Assembly: GCA_951406725.2 (NCBI GenBank)
Contig: OX597832.1
Span: 67,766,001-67,830,000, forward strand
Direction of reading: 5' to 3'
Length of the DNA: 64,000 nucleotides
Origin: Octopus vulgaris
Taxonomy: Eukaryota
Under the pieces are notes generated by a model that saw only the letters and a list, made by a program, of their open reading frames with translations, searched no databases and was not told where the DNA came from. The translations under genes were made by a program, and so were the position numbers. Position 1 is the first letter of the stretch; each line of letters opens with the position of its first letter. This document shows, one piece after another, positions 1 through 15,239 of the stretch.

Positions 1-149
1 ACCACCATGTAGCAATTCAACAATGATATACTTAAATCTTACTATAATAAAAAAATTAAAGATACGATAAAACATTTATCTAGAACTAAATAAAGTACAA
101 AATAATAAATAACTAGTATATAATTTATTTAGTTCTAGACGGGGGTTTT

Positions 150-870
150 CTCTCGTCTGTGTGTATTATTCCGATGTTCTTCTTCCAGCTGTCCTCAAGC
201 TTACTAGAATAAGGTTCCCAGCTAGTCGTTCAGCTATTTTTGAACCATTTCCTCCGTAGCAAATCAACGACACTGTAAAGAAAGCGCATGTGGCCCAAAG
301 ACGAGATCTGGACAGTATTCAGAGGGTTCAAATAACTTGAAACCCAACTCTTTAATGGCTTGACAAACTTTTCAATGGCTTGAACGGTATAGGCGGCCGC
401 ATGTTGGGGTGTATTTTCGTGCAAGAATGACACTTCAATAGACCTCAGCGTTTGATACAAATTACCGGTTTCTGCTAATTGGTTGGCAATTCTCTGAAGC
501 CTACACTAGTATGAGGTTGAGTCTTCAATATCATTTTCGCTTCCGATTTTAGGTGTTTACACTCCATAGTGTATTTTTCGGAATCTGACTCAAAGTGATT
601 GGCCCAGATCATGTCTCCTCTGACCATTCTCTTAAAAATCAAAAGCTTCGCCTTCATCGCTGTTGCGGTCGAGCAATCAATTTCCAGAACACTATATATC
701 TGCACTTTATGCGATTCGACCAGCTCTTTCTTGGTACCCAACTGGCAGACTTTATGGAAGAGATGCTTGCAGAACCATAGCTAATTTTCAGAGAGTACAC
801 TATCTTAGCGATAGTCAATCGTCGTTTCACCGGAACCATCTCTCGAGCTTGTTGAATTTTCACGTCAAGA
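150..870 (-). mobile_element. Degenerate mariner (Tc1/mariner) transposase remnant
   Basis: Frameshifted minus-strand ORF pieces carry mariner motifs in order: IQQAREMV..RRLTI, WVPR, KRMVRGDMIW (~RIVTGDETW), MECKH..KTQP (~MEWKH..KTQP), LHENTPQH (~LHDNARPH), and YCPDL (~YSPDL) at ~303-317. No TIRs identified. Confidence 0.8.
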
Positions 871-1848
871 GTGGGGACTAATGGGTGTCATTTATCCTCT
901 TCGTCCTTCACCCTTCATGATATTAATTTTTTTAATATTCCGAGAAGCTCATGCCCGTTTCAACACAATAGAGCACTAATCCCGATCAGGGTTGATAGTA
1001 TGCGATGAATTTCAGCCCCTGACAAGGCCTTTGTTGTTCAGGCTTCTGCCACTAGAAACTATTTAATGCATCAGTCTCCAGCCTATCTGAGTCATTGTAT
1101 GCAGTCTTACTGCTATGTGGTGTGCCTTTGTTTTTCACCGTTTCTTCCCTGTTCGTCGGTTTTTGCAATGGCTGAAACGAAGGAACAACGTATATACACC
1201 GGTGTGTATGCGTACGTGCTTGTGTACGTGGGTGTGTGATTATAAATATATTGATTAATTAATTAATCTACCGTTAATTTTAATTAGATTATTCATTTCC
1301 TTGTTATATGATGTTGGGTTGGCTGGCCATTTAAGAAATTAATTTATTCTGATGAAGTTTGTCAGATCTGACGTAAAATTGCTCTCAGCTTAATAAGGAG
1401 CTCCATTTTGAGAACATATTTAACATTACAAATGACATAGATTTTGTCTATTTCCTTTTTAAGATTGTTTGATGGCAATGGCGAAGGAATACTCGCAATG
1501 CTGACTAGCTGTAAGCAGCCTGTTTTGACATAAAAGTGAATTTCTTTTATGTCTATCTCTATAATACACACATCTCGAATATGTTTCTGCGGTAACTGCT
1601 GGACTGCTACCTACAGATCAATGTTGGTAGCCGATTGTGCGAATGGATTATGTAGATGTAGAGGTTATTTTCTTGGTAAGAGAAGGTACCTCACAACTAC
1701 AATTACGTATTGCATGATGTTTGAGGGAATATGTTACAGAAAGCAAACAGAAAAGAGAGAATAGATCATGCCACGTTTGGAGGAAGTTAATTTACATTAT
1801 ACGAACCCTATAGCTTCTACATATAATGATACAACATCATTACCTATT

Positions 1849-1933
1849 TATCTATCTATCTATCTATCTATCTGTCTATCTATTCATTTATCTACTTAAC
1901 ACGAAAGACAGACAAATTGATAGATAGACAGAC

Positions 1934-2017
<84 letters not shown>
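1849..2017. repeat. (TATC)n followed by (GATA)n microsatellite
   Basis: Directly visible; source of the YLSI ORF at 1892-2128. Confidence 0.95.
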
Positions 2018-2199
2018 TAATGATTCTGCATCCATTAGAATAGTAATCATTCGATGGAAATTCTTATCTCCTCTATGTTTATGTTTAAATTTAACATCAT
2101 TAACAATGTTCATAAATGAAACTAGCAATAATTATAAATGCTATTGAGAAATTATAATCCTTCTCCTCGGCATAAATCAGCGAGCAGTTATTTGTAACG

Positions 2200-2620
2200 G
2201 ACAATACTTGCCTTAATAACTTATTATAAATTGTTCATGAATTCAGCCAGAATGTATAAAATGAATATGGAGCGGATCTAGACGAATGTGCAAAACCTAC
2301 AATAGGAACAAGCAAATATATTAAAGCCGAGAATAGCATAATGATTCCAGACACTGAAATCGAAGAAGTAGTATAGAAGCAGCCAAACAAATGAAAATAT
2401 ATAAAACAGAAAACTTAATGAGAAACCTCAGAAGTTATATAGCAGAAGAATCATATTAATACTAAATACTGAATACAATGCTATAAATACGATAATAGAT
2501 CTGAATAAACTAGCCATTCTGTTACAGACCACAGCTTTAGTATAATAAAGTAATAATTAAGTGAATTGAAGAGTGTAAATAGATAAAACGGAAATTATTA
2601 ACATCGCTTCGAAGTCTCTC
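2200..2620 (+). mobile_element. Highly degraded R4/Dong-like non-LTR RT fragment
   Basis: Reads MEYGADLDECAKP (~MEFGLDKCAK) and YSRRIILILNTEYNAINTIIDLNKLAI, which parallels CFRRVRSVLKSELNARDKMLAINS in the Dong-like copy at 32.7 kb. Confidence 0.6.
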
Positions 2621-2919
2621 GACTTGCGACACAAGGAATACGTAATCTGATGAAATTAGATAACTACTACAATATAACAACATCGAGATTAGTATACTAT
2701 TTTGAAACATGTAAGGGAAATGGAATAGCATTATAAGGAATCGCAAATGAAAAGAGTTTCTCAGAATGAAAAATCTTAATCGTATATTAAAGAAAAAAAA
2801 TGATAAACCATTTCGATTATGATATCGTAAAAGATTTTAGAAATGAGAAAAATCGAAAGTGTAAAATTTCAAAATGTATATTCAAGATGAAATTCGAAAC
2901 TATATTCTTATTCTAGACT

Positions 2920-3205
2920 TGGCAGCGAAGTCGTTTCGAGTCGAGTGCCAGTGTGGTACATTGAGCAAGTGTCCTCTACTATTATTCCAAACTGAGAAAT
3001 GCTTTATGAGTAAATTTGTTTGACGTAAACAGTGTGGATATCCATCGTGTTTATGTGTGCGTGTTTGCGTTCCTGCTTGTAAAATCTATCGGTTTCATAG
3101 ATTATATCTGTATAGTATGTAATAGAATTTAAAAACTCATTTGTTCGATTAAACTCATCAAGGTGGTGCCCCAAATTGGCGTCAGTTCAATAACTGAACC
3201 ATACA
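2920..3205 (+). mobile_element. Degenerate tRNA-derived SINE, family A
   Basis: Aligns by eye with the copy at 17031-17446 (ttgagcaagtgtc-ctact, gtaaatttg-gacg-aaac, ggtggtgc-cc-ggc-cagt). Confidence 0.6.
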
Positions 3206-3606
3206 ATTGATAAAAAAGAAATGTGTTTATGGAAATTTAATATTTATCCATACTCTGCAAGATTCAGTAGAGGCAAAGTATGTCATAAGGAAAGCCAGAT
3301 GAATGCTAATAGCAGAAAGGATGATCTCAACTTTTATGGGAAGGCGATACGGTATCTATCAGGAGAAATAAGGAAATTGCAGACGACAGCTCAGCGCTTG
3401 TTACAGAATCAGTAAAATGAAAGTTCCTTTATTGGCTCCCTCCTGCAATAGGCAAATATATATTTCTAGCATAAATCCAGTCTGCAGGAGCCTCTCTTGG
3501 CTAATACCTTGACAACTTCATGCAAATAATACAGTTGTTATTAGGACATAATATATATCATAATCTTTATTATAGGCAAAATTCCTAAAACTTACTGAGT
3601 TGAGAC

Positions 3607-3781
3607 TATCGATTACATCGATCCTCTTGTTGGATGGGTACTTATATCATCAATCCCGAAAGCATGAATGGCAAAGCTGATCCCACCTCGGTGAAATATA
3701 AACTCAGAACTTAAAGCCGGATGGAATGCTGCTAAATATTTTGTATGATGTCTTAACAAACTCTGTCAGTTCATCACCTTA
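3607..3781 (-). mobile_element. SINE family B (central gaggtcaactttgcctttcatcc domain), degenerate
   Basis: Reverse complement matches the well-preserved copy at 53597-53826. Confidence 0.65.
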
Positions 3782-4409
3782 ACAATGTCTGTAATAATCT
3801 GAACCATAACTGAAGCATGTTGATATAATTATCGAAGACACATCTAAAGTGTTCAACTCTCTAAACTACAAAATTCGAATGTGACTCCACGACGTCACAT
3901 GACTGAATAGAAATACCAGCCAAATATCATTCAAATTATTGAAAAGTGATAGATAAAATGACCAGTTCAATGTTAGATACACTGTGTGACTGAAAGCAGA
4001 GATGGTCTTTTAATCATAGGGCTACTCTTTTAGGGTTGCCATTGGCTAGACACAACCACCACCACCACCACCACCACCACCAACAACAACAACAACCAGG
4101 ATTAGGAAAACAACAAGAGCAAGAACGAGACAACGGTGAGTGTTACGCTGATTGAAGAGTTATTCTTAAGAAAAGTCTCAAATACAAACCACTACATAAC
4201 GCCATATTTGTCAATAAGTAATGAGTTTAAACTCGCATTTTATATATTACTATACGAATTCAACGCTGATAACAATCAGAAATTAATTTTCACTAGGTAG
4301 ACTTCAAAAGTAACTGTACAGAGATTCAAATCCCCCGGGGAACTTGGCTGGAAGTTAGTTTCATTTAATTATTGATATCACACTATGGCGCACGGCCATT
4401 AATTCTATG

Positions 4410-4578
4410 GGAGGAGTAGCCAATTAATTCGATTTCAGTGCTCAACAAGTACTGTTGACCTCGAAAGAATGAAAGGCCAATTTGGTTCCGGTGCTATTTG
4501 AACTAACAACATAATGCCAGAGTAGATGCTATTCAAGTTTTTCCAACGCGGAAACGATTCTGCCGTAACGCCGCCTTA
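4410..4578 (-). mobile_element. SINE family B, degenerate
   Basis: cgaaagaatgaaaggc...gattctgcc...cgccgcc is the reverse complement of the family B head and body. Confidence 0.65.
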
Positions 4579-4886
4579 ATTTAGTTAAGCATTTACAGAA
4601 GCTGAAACGAAATTACAATATTTTATTTGGACTTTGAAAAAAATAACGTCGCTTGGTAATGAAACTAAAAGAAGTTGCTCACGGTTTATCGCTGTATAAT
4701 GGAGATAGTGACAAAAGCGGTTTTTATCTCGGGCTGAAAAATTATGCTTTGTAGGTACGAATTTATCGGTTTTCTCCTCGTTGTGCACATCCATTATACA
4801 CACACGCACGCACACACATGCACATGCAAAATACATTAATACATACTTACATACATACACTCATGCACGCACACACACACACACAT

Positions 4887-4926
<40 letters not shown>

Positions 4927-6599
4927 CTATATGAAAGTATGCCAATATGTATATATACATTTGTACGACAAAAATACGCATGAGGTAAAGATGAATCGTT
5001 TATTAATGCATAATTTGTTTGGCTGTAAAAACCATAGAGGCGTCGACAGGAGGAAATATGGATCATAATGATTACGCATATGTCTTATTAGGAAATGGTC
5101 AGACATCGCATATTATGCGTTCTTTCAGAACATATTATGCAATTTACATAATGGCTCGCCATTAGAGAAGACTTTATGGTTTATGGATGGAGTGAATTAC
5201 CACACCGACAATTGATATCTGTCTGTAAATCACATCTTATACGACTCAGGTAGTAATGAACTCTTACTGCTGTTACACAAGCTCTCACACACGCACGCGA
5301 GCGCGCATTTGTGCGAATGTGTATTGATATATAAACAATATTCGTGTTAAAAAGCAATGCAGTTTTTATTTACGTTACTTTTCGACTGATGCTTTTATAT
5401 GAGTGCATCGCAAAATTATGCAAGTAAAAAGAGCATTACTTTCATACACACATATATGTATGTGGGCCAGTGTAGCTTTGTATACGTATGTATATATATA
5501 TATTGCTCGACTAAAGGCGGTGCTCCAGCATGGCCACTGTCAAAGGACTGAAACAAGTAAAAGAGTAAAAGCATATATATATATACGTATATATATGTAT
5601 ACATATAGGTATATCGTTATATATATATGTATACACACATACACACACACACACATATATATGTATGTATATACTTGTATATGCATATATATATGTAAAG
5701 CCACCGATTGCATTGCTATACTTGCAGAGCACTGCACTCTGCTCCTGCTGAAAATTTATTTTAATTGTAAATTTATAGTGTTGGAAAACCTAATTTTCTT
5801 AAATGAGTTTAGCATATCTTTTAATATTTTATGCTGATTTTTTCCTTTGACATTTTAGTCTATTTTCTCTTTTTTTAAATTCTATAGTGTTACCCTCGCA
5901 ATTGATTTCTTCAGTGTATTAAACTCATAGTTACTTTGATAGAAAGAAAGTGTATTCGTTTCCTTGTTACAATACCTACTTCTGTTTCTTTTGAAAATAT
6001 TCTAATCCTACTGTTGTTATGTTATAGTAGTTTTCCATTTCTTTCAAACTACACCTCAGTGTCACGGCTCGACTGACTTCAAATCCATGCTTTTAGTATA
6101 CTTTCTTAGAGTTAACTTTCTCCATTTCAGTTTTTACTTATTATATTATAACTATATGGCTGTCGTCTTATCTCTAGTATTGAGTCAAGTATGTAATGTA
6201 AGTATGATTTTTGTGTCGTCCAAGATATCAGGTTTCTTATTAATTTTCCCGTTAGATATATTTTCATTTATATGGCTGCCACTATCCTGGACCTTCTATT
6301 CCAATATCTGAAACGTATATACCATTGTTGGTTATAATGTTTTGAAACTTCTTGTAAGTTTTCCGTATATGACTAATGCCAAAATGTTATTAGAACTTTC
6401 TAGCTGAATTCCTGGACTATATATATGTATATACGTTTGTCAATTCGTTTTGCAAGGTTCCTGATGTGAAATCGTGTGTTGAAACAGATATTGTTGTACT
6501 TTGGTATGGTCATTTTATTTATTTATTTTGCGATTGAAGAAAAATATACAGTGCGTGTGTTTATTTGGAAAAAAAAATGACGAGCCCGAAATATATCAA

Positions 6600-6845
<246 letters not shown>

Positions 6846-6937
6846 TAATAGGTAGATAAGAAGAGATAAATACATACGTGTAGATTTATTCCATATCAGT
6901 TTGAAATTCGGAACAAGTCCAGCATGCCCCGGAAGAG

Positions 6938-7107
6938 AAGTCGATTAAATCGACGCCAGTGCTCAACTGATATTTATTTTATCGCCTACGGAACGTTGAA
7001 TGGTGGAGTCAACTTCGGTGGAATTTGGGCTCAGAACCTAATGACGGATGAAATGCCGCAAAGCATTTTGACCGGCGTGCTACCAATTCTGTCAGCTCAC
7101 CACCTTA
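6938..7107 (-). mobile_element. SINE family B
   Basis: gtcaacttcggtggaatttgggctcagaac...gcgtgctaccaattctgtcagctcaccacc matches the reverse complement of 53597-53826. Confidence 0.75.
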
Positions 7108-7324
7108 GATTTACTCAATATTAGCATGTTAAAGATGGAGATGTGATTTTTACAGGTTTTATGTTCTTTATTCTAAATAAAGTATCTCAAATGCTGAACT
7201 ACAGCTCTTCTGCAACAGGACTTGTTGGGTTTCGAATATTGTTGTTGTCTCCGTTAATAACTCTTTCCCTGGCAGCTACTCCTTACAGCATACTTCTTTC
7301 AAAAGTAACCGTGTTTTTCTCTTG

Positions 7325-7724
7325 ATTGTTTCAGCCACTGGCCTGCGGCTATTCTGGGGTACCGGTCTGAATGATCTCATGGACAGGTCGATCCAAGCAT
7401 TTATTGTTCAAGTCTGTTCCAAATTCTATCAGACTCTTTTGTTGAGTCGCCAAGATAGTTGGACGTAAAGGAACACAGGCGAAGCAACGGCAGTAAAAGC
7501 GCAAAACTAACACTCATCCCCCCCCACACACACACATACACACACACACCTATATTCATACGACGAGCTTTCACATAGTTTCTATCAACCAAATTCCCTC
7601 TAAAAGGCATTGGTCGACCCGGGGCTATGGTGGAAGACATCTTGCCCAAGATGCCACCCAATAGGACCGAACCTGAAAGCGCATGACTCACAAGCAAGCT
7701 TCTTTACCATACAGCTATGACTGC
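7325..7724 (-). mobile_element. tRNA-derived SINE family A, near full length
   Basis: Reverse complement follows 17031-17446, including cttgggcaag-tgtcttc and the internal (CA)n tract. Confidence 0.8.
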
Positions 7725-8879
7725 AGCATTACAAAAACTGCATTTCTTTTTGTTCTATAAGCTATCCCAGAATTATTTGACTCCCTTAGAGTATTCTGCT
7801 CTGTTTCTTTATGCCGTTCTATGCAAAACGTTTTGGTTAATCTCGCTGTAAAATACTTCATTTTTTCATTCAAACAACTTGTTCTCCTACACGCCCCCGA
7901 CATCTTTATACGTGTTAACCAGTGTGCTTAAAATTTTCCTTTTCTTAGAAAGATTTTTCTTTTTTTTTTCTTCGACATATTTTTTTTAATATTTCAATTA
8001 TTGATAACATCGCTTTCCATTTTTTATGTAAATATCTTATATTTCATAATTAAAGATATTTTCTTGAATATTTTCTCTCCATTATTTCAAATAATGTTGT
8101 TAGTCTTCTGATAATTAACATAATTTCTGATTTAGTCTAAATGTAAACAATTTTAAGGGTGAGTATAAATGGATATCATCGACTCGGGTATATAATCTTG
8201 TCTTAATCACATGGGGTGCTGTGTTACCCGCCAAATTTTTGAAGCTTTTCGTAATTCCTATTAGACAACATCTTTATTTTGCTCCATCTCACTACTCTCC
8301 TGACTCACTGAGGATGCGTAATAAAGAGGGTAGTGCAGTTTAGGCTTGGGTGTCGTGGGAGGCAAACGTTGCTTTATCTTTAGCCGGTGGAGAATCACAG
8401 TAAATGGTAATGGCTATATAACGAGCTGACATTGATGTTTCCCTCCATTTCAATTCATGCATACTTTTTATTGCTCCTGGAGGAATTCATTGATCGTGGA
8501 GGAATTAATGTCGAAGTCGATCTCGACTGTATTTGAAGTTAGCACATAATGATCCAGTAGAGATATAGGCCGTTACCAGCATCCACGACACCGGTTCTAG
8601 ACTGGTTGTTCATAGTATTTTATCCATCCTGGAGATACAAAATGCAAAGCAAAACTTCGCAGAGGTTCACGCTGCTTTTCGTTCCTTGCAGTCGATAAAA
8701 TATTCTATTAAGGTCGCTGACTTCTGGAGGTCCTTGGAATATTGCGGTCCATGAATGTGAGACATCCTGGCGTTGTGCATAAATTTGAAAGACCTGCTAA
8801 CATAATCGATGCCATTGTTTTTGCTATCCTTTATGTTCTTGTCGCTATTTTGATGGGTTTATGGCCGACATATGTTAGC

Positions 8880-9320
8880 TAATGATTCGTTGATAGCAAT
8901 GATGTTGCTGCTGATGATAGTGAAGTTAGGATATTTACGGAGGTAGAAATGAAGATAGAGAATGAGATCATGATGAGAGAGTCGATGATGATGACGACGA
9001 CGACGATGATGATGAAGATGATGAGGAACAGGAGGATAATGATGATGGTGATGACGAGGATGATGATGAGGATGATGATGATGAGGAGGAGGAGAAGAAG
9101 TGGAGCTGGAGGGGGAAGAAGAGAAGGAGCAAGGAAAAGAGACACATGGAAGGGGAGGATGATGAGGATGATGATGATGATCATCATGACGACGACGAAA
9201 GAGACGGTGACGATGAAGACGATCATAACTATAAGTAGGAGTCGAACGAGGTGGAGGAGGACCATGACGATGACGATGATGACGACGACGATTTTGCCGC
9301 CGCTGCTGCTGCTGATAATG
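8880..9320. repeat. Degenerate (GAT/GAC/GAG)n trinucleotide low-complexity tract
   Basis: Directly visible; gives the poly-H, poly-M and poly-I ORFs. Confidence 0.9.
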
Positions 9321-9850
9321 GTTTGTGGTTGAAGTTGTCGTTGCTTTAGTTGTGAAACTGTTCAATACCTAAATTGATTTTGCGGTGATCATGTATTGAT
9401 GTTGCCGTTATTGTTGGCGAAATTTACTTGCCATAATTTTTTAAACGAACATCAAATAATTTGATAGCCCATTTTTTTTCTCATCTAGAATTTTCTAATT
9501 TCTATATGTATATTAAACAATCCTTTGAAGTTGATGAATAAAACCATTTTATTACATAAAAAGGAAACCACGCACTGACACATCGCACGTATATACACAA
9601 ACACACGTATATTTGCAACTGAGGAACAATTTTATTTACATGCCGGTGCATACATTCCGAAACATATCTAGGTGTGAATATATGTTTACATGAATACGTG
9701 TGTGTGTGTGTGTGTGTGCATGTCTTTATGTGTATATATATATTCACATATAGCTATATTATATATATGTATGTATATATATGCATCTATATGGTTATAT
9801 ACACATATGTTTGTATGCATATATGCTTTCGTGTGTGTGTTAATGCTAAA

Positions 9851-9890
<40 letters not shown>

Positions 9891-10254
9891 TGATATGTAT
9901 TAAAATAGTATCATACACATATGTATTTGTGCGTGTGTGTGTGTGTGTATTGTAAAAATAAAAAGAGAAGGAGAATAAGAGATCAAGTGTGAGACATAAA
10001 GGAGAAGGAGAAATTCATACACTCGTACATACATATATAGAGAAAGTTTAATAGATAGGTATGTAGATAGAGAAACTATTCATTATTATATGATTTCTTA
10101 ATGCAAAATTTTATAAATTTAGAAAAAAAAGATTAATTTAATTTATATTTCTGAACAAACACTCCCGTTGTGAAAATTCGAAAACGTAAGTAAATAAAGA
10201 AAACATAATTGAAGAAAAGTAACGCATTGTACATATATGTATTATAATGATGCA

Positions 10255-10306
<52 letters not shown>

Positions 10307-11612
10307 CGTTTATATATGCATGCATGTATATTTGAGTTGCAACCTCCTACCCACGTTTATATAGCATATTAAAATACCATTAACAGGAGCTTATCAAGCC
10401 CATACTCGAATAGAGAAATATCTGGAAATGCTACCCTATACCGCTAGAAAGCCTTAACAAGTAAAAGTTCCTAACAGCCAACTGAAATACAGTCCAATGC
10501 ACATCACTCGTAAGAAATGAAAAGAATGCTGTGTTTAACCTCACCCTATACCTTAACGATGCACCAAAATATTCCTAAGTAATTAAATATGTAGTTTTTC
10601 GCCACTCAAATAGGAATATTTCAGTAAGTGGAATTTCAGATATACACTTTGAAGTCATTTGAATGAAACATTTCTATCAGATTACTATAAGGATAGCATA
10701 CAGAATCGGCATTCGAAACAATTAAAACCGAACTTCTGGTAGACCGGGAACACTGTTGAAGTTAGACCGATTTATTCGCGGGTAGATGTAATTGTAATGC
10801 CACATCCTTTACAAAGTACATTTAGTTTCTATGAGACAAAGAAGAAAAGAAGCGGCGATATATCTCCCGTGATATACATATACACACGCATACATACATA
10901 CATACATACATACATACATACATACATACATACATACATACATACATTCATACATACATATGAAAAAGAACGGATTAAGGATTAGGATAGATACACTGTC
11001 AGTTTTATGCGATTGAAAGCTGAGTTCTTTGACGACAACAGACTAAGTCTCGAATGAAATAGAAAAGAAAAACTTACTCCGTGTGTCTACAAGTAAAGAA
11101 ATTGAATATTGCAGGCTTCAAACACATTCCTGCAGCTGAGTATTTGTAACTTAGTGAACCCTGAGTGAACTTTGAGCCGGTTCAGGACTAGCAAGATATA
11201 TGGGATTATGCTGACATCAACAACTGAAATCCTCTCACACATTCTCACCGCGTTAAGAAAGAGATATTCTTTGTTTACGATGTGATATAACCATGCTTAT
11301 TAAACACCCAGATGAAATCAAACCAAAGTGAAACGCAATAATAACATTTCTTTTTTTGTTTCTTTTATTGTTCGATATTTCCACTCTTTACATTGTGCTC
11401 ACGTGGTCTCTAATAACAACACAAGACGAGCTTCTGACACAATTGTCGACAAGTGCACATTTTATATTACAGAGTTTGACTGATTATTCACAGCAGAAGA
11501 AACTAAACAATTAAATATAATGGCATCCACTCTTATGTACCAAGTAATTTTCTCGTATACGATATCACCAATTTTATACATATACGTGTAGATATATGTG
11601 TGTGAATGCATG

Positions 11613-11647
<35 letters not shown>

Positions 11648-11722
11648 CGTTTAAATATATATGCACCTCTTTAGGAGCGTTTATATATTTATATATGTAT
11701 AAACATATGCAATATAGACATG

Positions 11723-11774
<52 letters not shown>

Positions 11775-12219
11775 GTGTGTGTGTATGTATGTATGTATGT
11801 ATGTATGTATGTGTATGTATGTATGTATGTATGTATGTATGTATGTATGTATGTATGTATGTATACCTGTATACATATATACATGTATGTATGTATATGT
11901 AATAGATGTCAAATTTCCTGGCTTAAAACGTAAGTAATATATAAGCTGGCAACGATATGTATACGAGAATAACGATTTTTAGTTTGGCGCATCATCACAC
12001 ATTTTCCATTAAGTCAAGGAAGACATTTCAAGTTTTAGTCCATTAAATACCCATCTAGCGTAAACACTTCGTTAATATATTCGTCACCCAAAGGAATGGG
12101 CATATTTAGATCGTCGCAGGCATGATTCCACCAAGAAACCCAATATGGCGTATTAAATATGAAGTCGATACTGGTGCCGGTTAATGAAATCGACTAATCC
12201 AATATGAAATATAAGCTTG

Positions 12220-12562
12220 GCTTGTTTGGTAAGTGTCCCATTGCGTGGGACTTTGAGCGCGTGTGTTCTAATATACTCAGTGGCTGATTAATGCTTTATT
12301 AATGAATTTGCTAGACGGAAACTCTTTAGCATTCCGACGTGTATATGAATATATATATGTGTGTGTGAGTATGTGTGTGTGTTAGTGTATGTGTGTCCGC
12401 ATGTTTGTGTACGTGTGTGTGTGTGTGTATGTGCATACTTTGTATCTTTGTGTGTTCGGGTATCTTTCCCTCACTGCTAGACAACCGGTGCTGGTTTATT
12501 TACAGCCAGCAACTTAGCGGTTGATCAAAAGAAAACAATAGAATAAGTGTCAGACTTTATAA
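12220..12562 (+). mobile_element. SINE family A, degenerate
   Basis: tagacggaaact, internal (TG)n, gacaaccggtgctgg, cttagcggtt and atagaataagt are shared with 17031-17446. Confidence 0.7.
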
Positions 12563-12569
12563 GAGAAAA

Positions 12570-14161
12570 GTGTTTTTTAGTCAAAACTTTTAGATGTACC
12601 GAATTTTTCTAATATATTGCCAAAATTCAAATTAACTGATAAACTTTATCAGCAATACACATTAGTAAACCTGATAAATTAAGGTGACCTAAAAAAATGA
12701 AACCCTAAAATCTTCTGTTTGATATTCATAAATTTATCCAATCACCTTAAGAGATTTTGTTTACACAAGTGGAAAAATAACTCCAACTAAAGACATTCCA
12801 ACTGAATGCACCTATTCCATTGTACATGATGAACATCATGAAAATGGTTTCATCATAACATCTGCCGTCCACGCGGGATTACGAAGATACGAATTAGAAT
12901 CCGCATAACAACTCTTTCCATCTGTTGTTATTCACCGTTTTTTACGAGTCTTTGCGTAGGACATTAGGAAAGGTCAGATTTCCTAAATGTGAACACGCAG
13001 AGTGTAATGGAAATGCTCAACCAGCTCATGTTCGTTTTTAATCGTAGAAATAAATATCAAATGACATGGCTTCAACGAGCGGATGCAAAAATGATCCCAA
13101 CTTATTTTGCTATATATGCGGTGATTTCTCACCGAAAGCCATCAGGAAACCGATATGTGACTTTTACAAGAAAGTTATCGCGCTGACTTTCACGTCAAGT
13201 TTGGTGATCAGGAAAATCATGGGCTCCTCACATTGTTTGCAAGACATGTTTGGAACACATGAGACAGTAAACTTCAGGTACCCGAAAATCGCAGAGATTC
13301 GCAATTCCTATGATCTGGCGTGAACCAAAGAACCCCTCTGACGAATGTTACTTCTTCTCAATCAGTGTTGCGGGACTGAACCAAAAGAAACATATCTATC
13401 GACTATCCTAGTTTTTATTCAGCTATTCGACAACTGCCGCATTCAGAAGATTTGCCAATCTCAGTTTTTCACGAAAAGTTTTTGAAACTTGTTGAAAGTG
13501 CGATACTGATGTTAATGAGAGACACAGCGTAAACGATCCTGCCTATATTCCCGAAACTGCCAGAGCTGTTTAAGGAAAATTAGCTGAATGGTTTGGTTTG
13601 AGACTTAAATCGAAGCAAAGAATCAGCAGAACTTTTGGCCTCTTGGCTCAACGAAAACTACCTGTCAGCAAAAGGCACAAAAGTAATATTCTATCGAAAA
13701 GGGATGAGAACACGGATCTTATTCATTGCAATGACGTTCAGATCGTTCTTCTTCGACTCCAAGTCCACAAATACGGTCCTGATGAATGGAGATTGGTCAC
13801 CGATAGTTCAAAACGTAGTTTGAAATGTGTTTTGTTCCACAATACCAATACATCTAGGTCATTCAACAACACTGAAAGAAAAGCATGATGCCATCAGACA
13901 CGTTATGGAACAGATTGACTACATCAAACATAAATGGTTGTTATGTGTCGATTTTAAGAAATATAGAAAACAAATGAATATATAGAAAACAAATGAAAAA
14001 AAATGCCTCTTTTTCCAAAAATGAGGCATTTCCGTACAACAAAAACAGTAGCTAACCTAGAAAAAGTAAGGTCATTTTCAGATTCAGTGCTCTCAAATTA
14101 GCTAAAAAAAGATGTTTCGTGTCTCGACGCCATATCAAAAAGTCTTTTTTGTTGACCAGTG
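12570..14161 (+). mobile_element. Internally deleted DNA transposon with CYICG-type transposase remnant (tentatively Tc1/mariner-related m44-like)
   Basis: Frameshifted pieces: CKNDPNLFCYICG, KFGDQ, PMIWREPKN..DECYF, SKESAELLAS, EWRLVTDSSKRSLKCVLFHN, KWLLCVDFK. Right end ttttttgttgaccagtg at 14161. Family assignment is from memory; the left boundary is approximate. Confidence 0.75.
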
Positions 14162-14419
14162 TCATTTTCTGATTTGAGCATAACATTTGCTATCATGTTT
14201 AAATAATTAGGAATTTAGAATTCCAAGAACTTAGAATTCCATCTCCGTTGATTCATTTTCCTTTACATCACGTTGCGTCTTTGTCAGGTATCATTTACCA
14301 AAACCACAGTTCGGCAAATGCGTTGTATCTTCAATACGGTCCTTCTAAAATGTGCTGAAGCCTTTCCTATTAAAGTCTGTCTCCCACAAAATTACTTCTC
14401 TGATTTACATGTAGTGGCT

Positions 14420-15225
<806 letters not shown>

Positions 15226-15239
15226 GAGAGCACAATTCT

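Noticed and set aside
1168-1195. MAETKEQR resembling a mariner transposase start
   Set aside because: Only eight codons before a TG-rich tract; too short to support.
1345-1395. CTGATGA followed by the palindrome gtcagatctgac
   Set aside because: No properly placed GAAA and no stem I; not called a hammerhead.
8859-9365. 168 aa His/Pro-rich ORF
   Set aside because: Degenerate trinucleotide repeat that is open in several frames on both strands.
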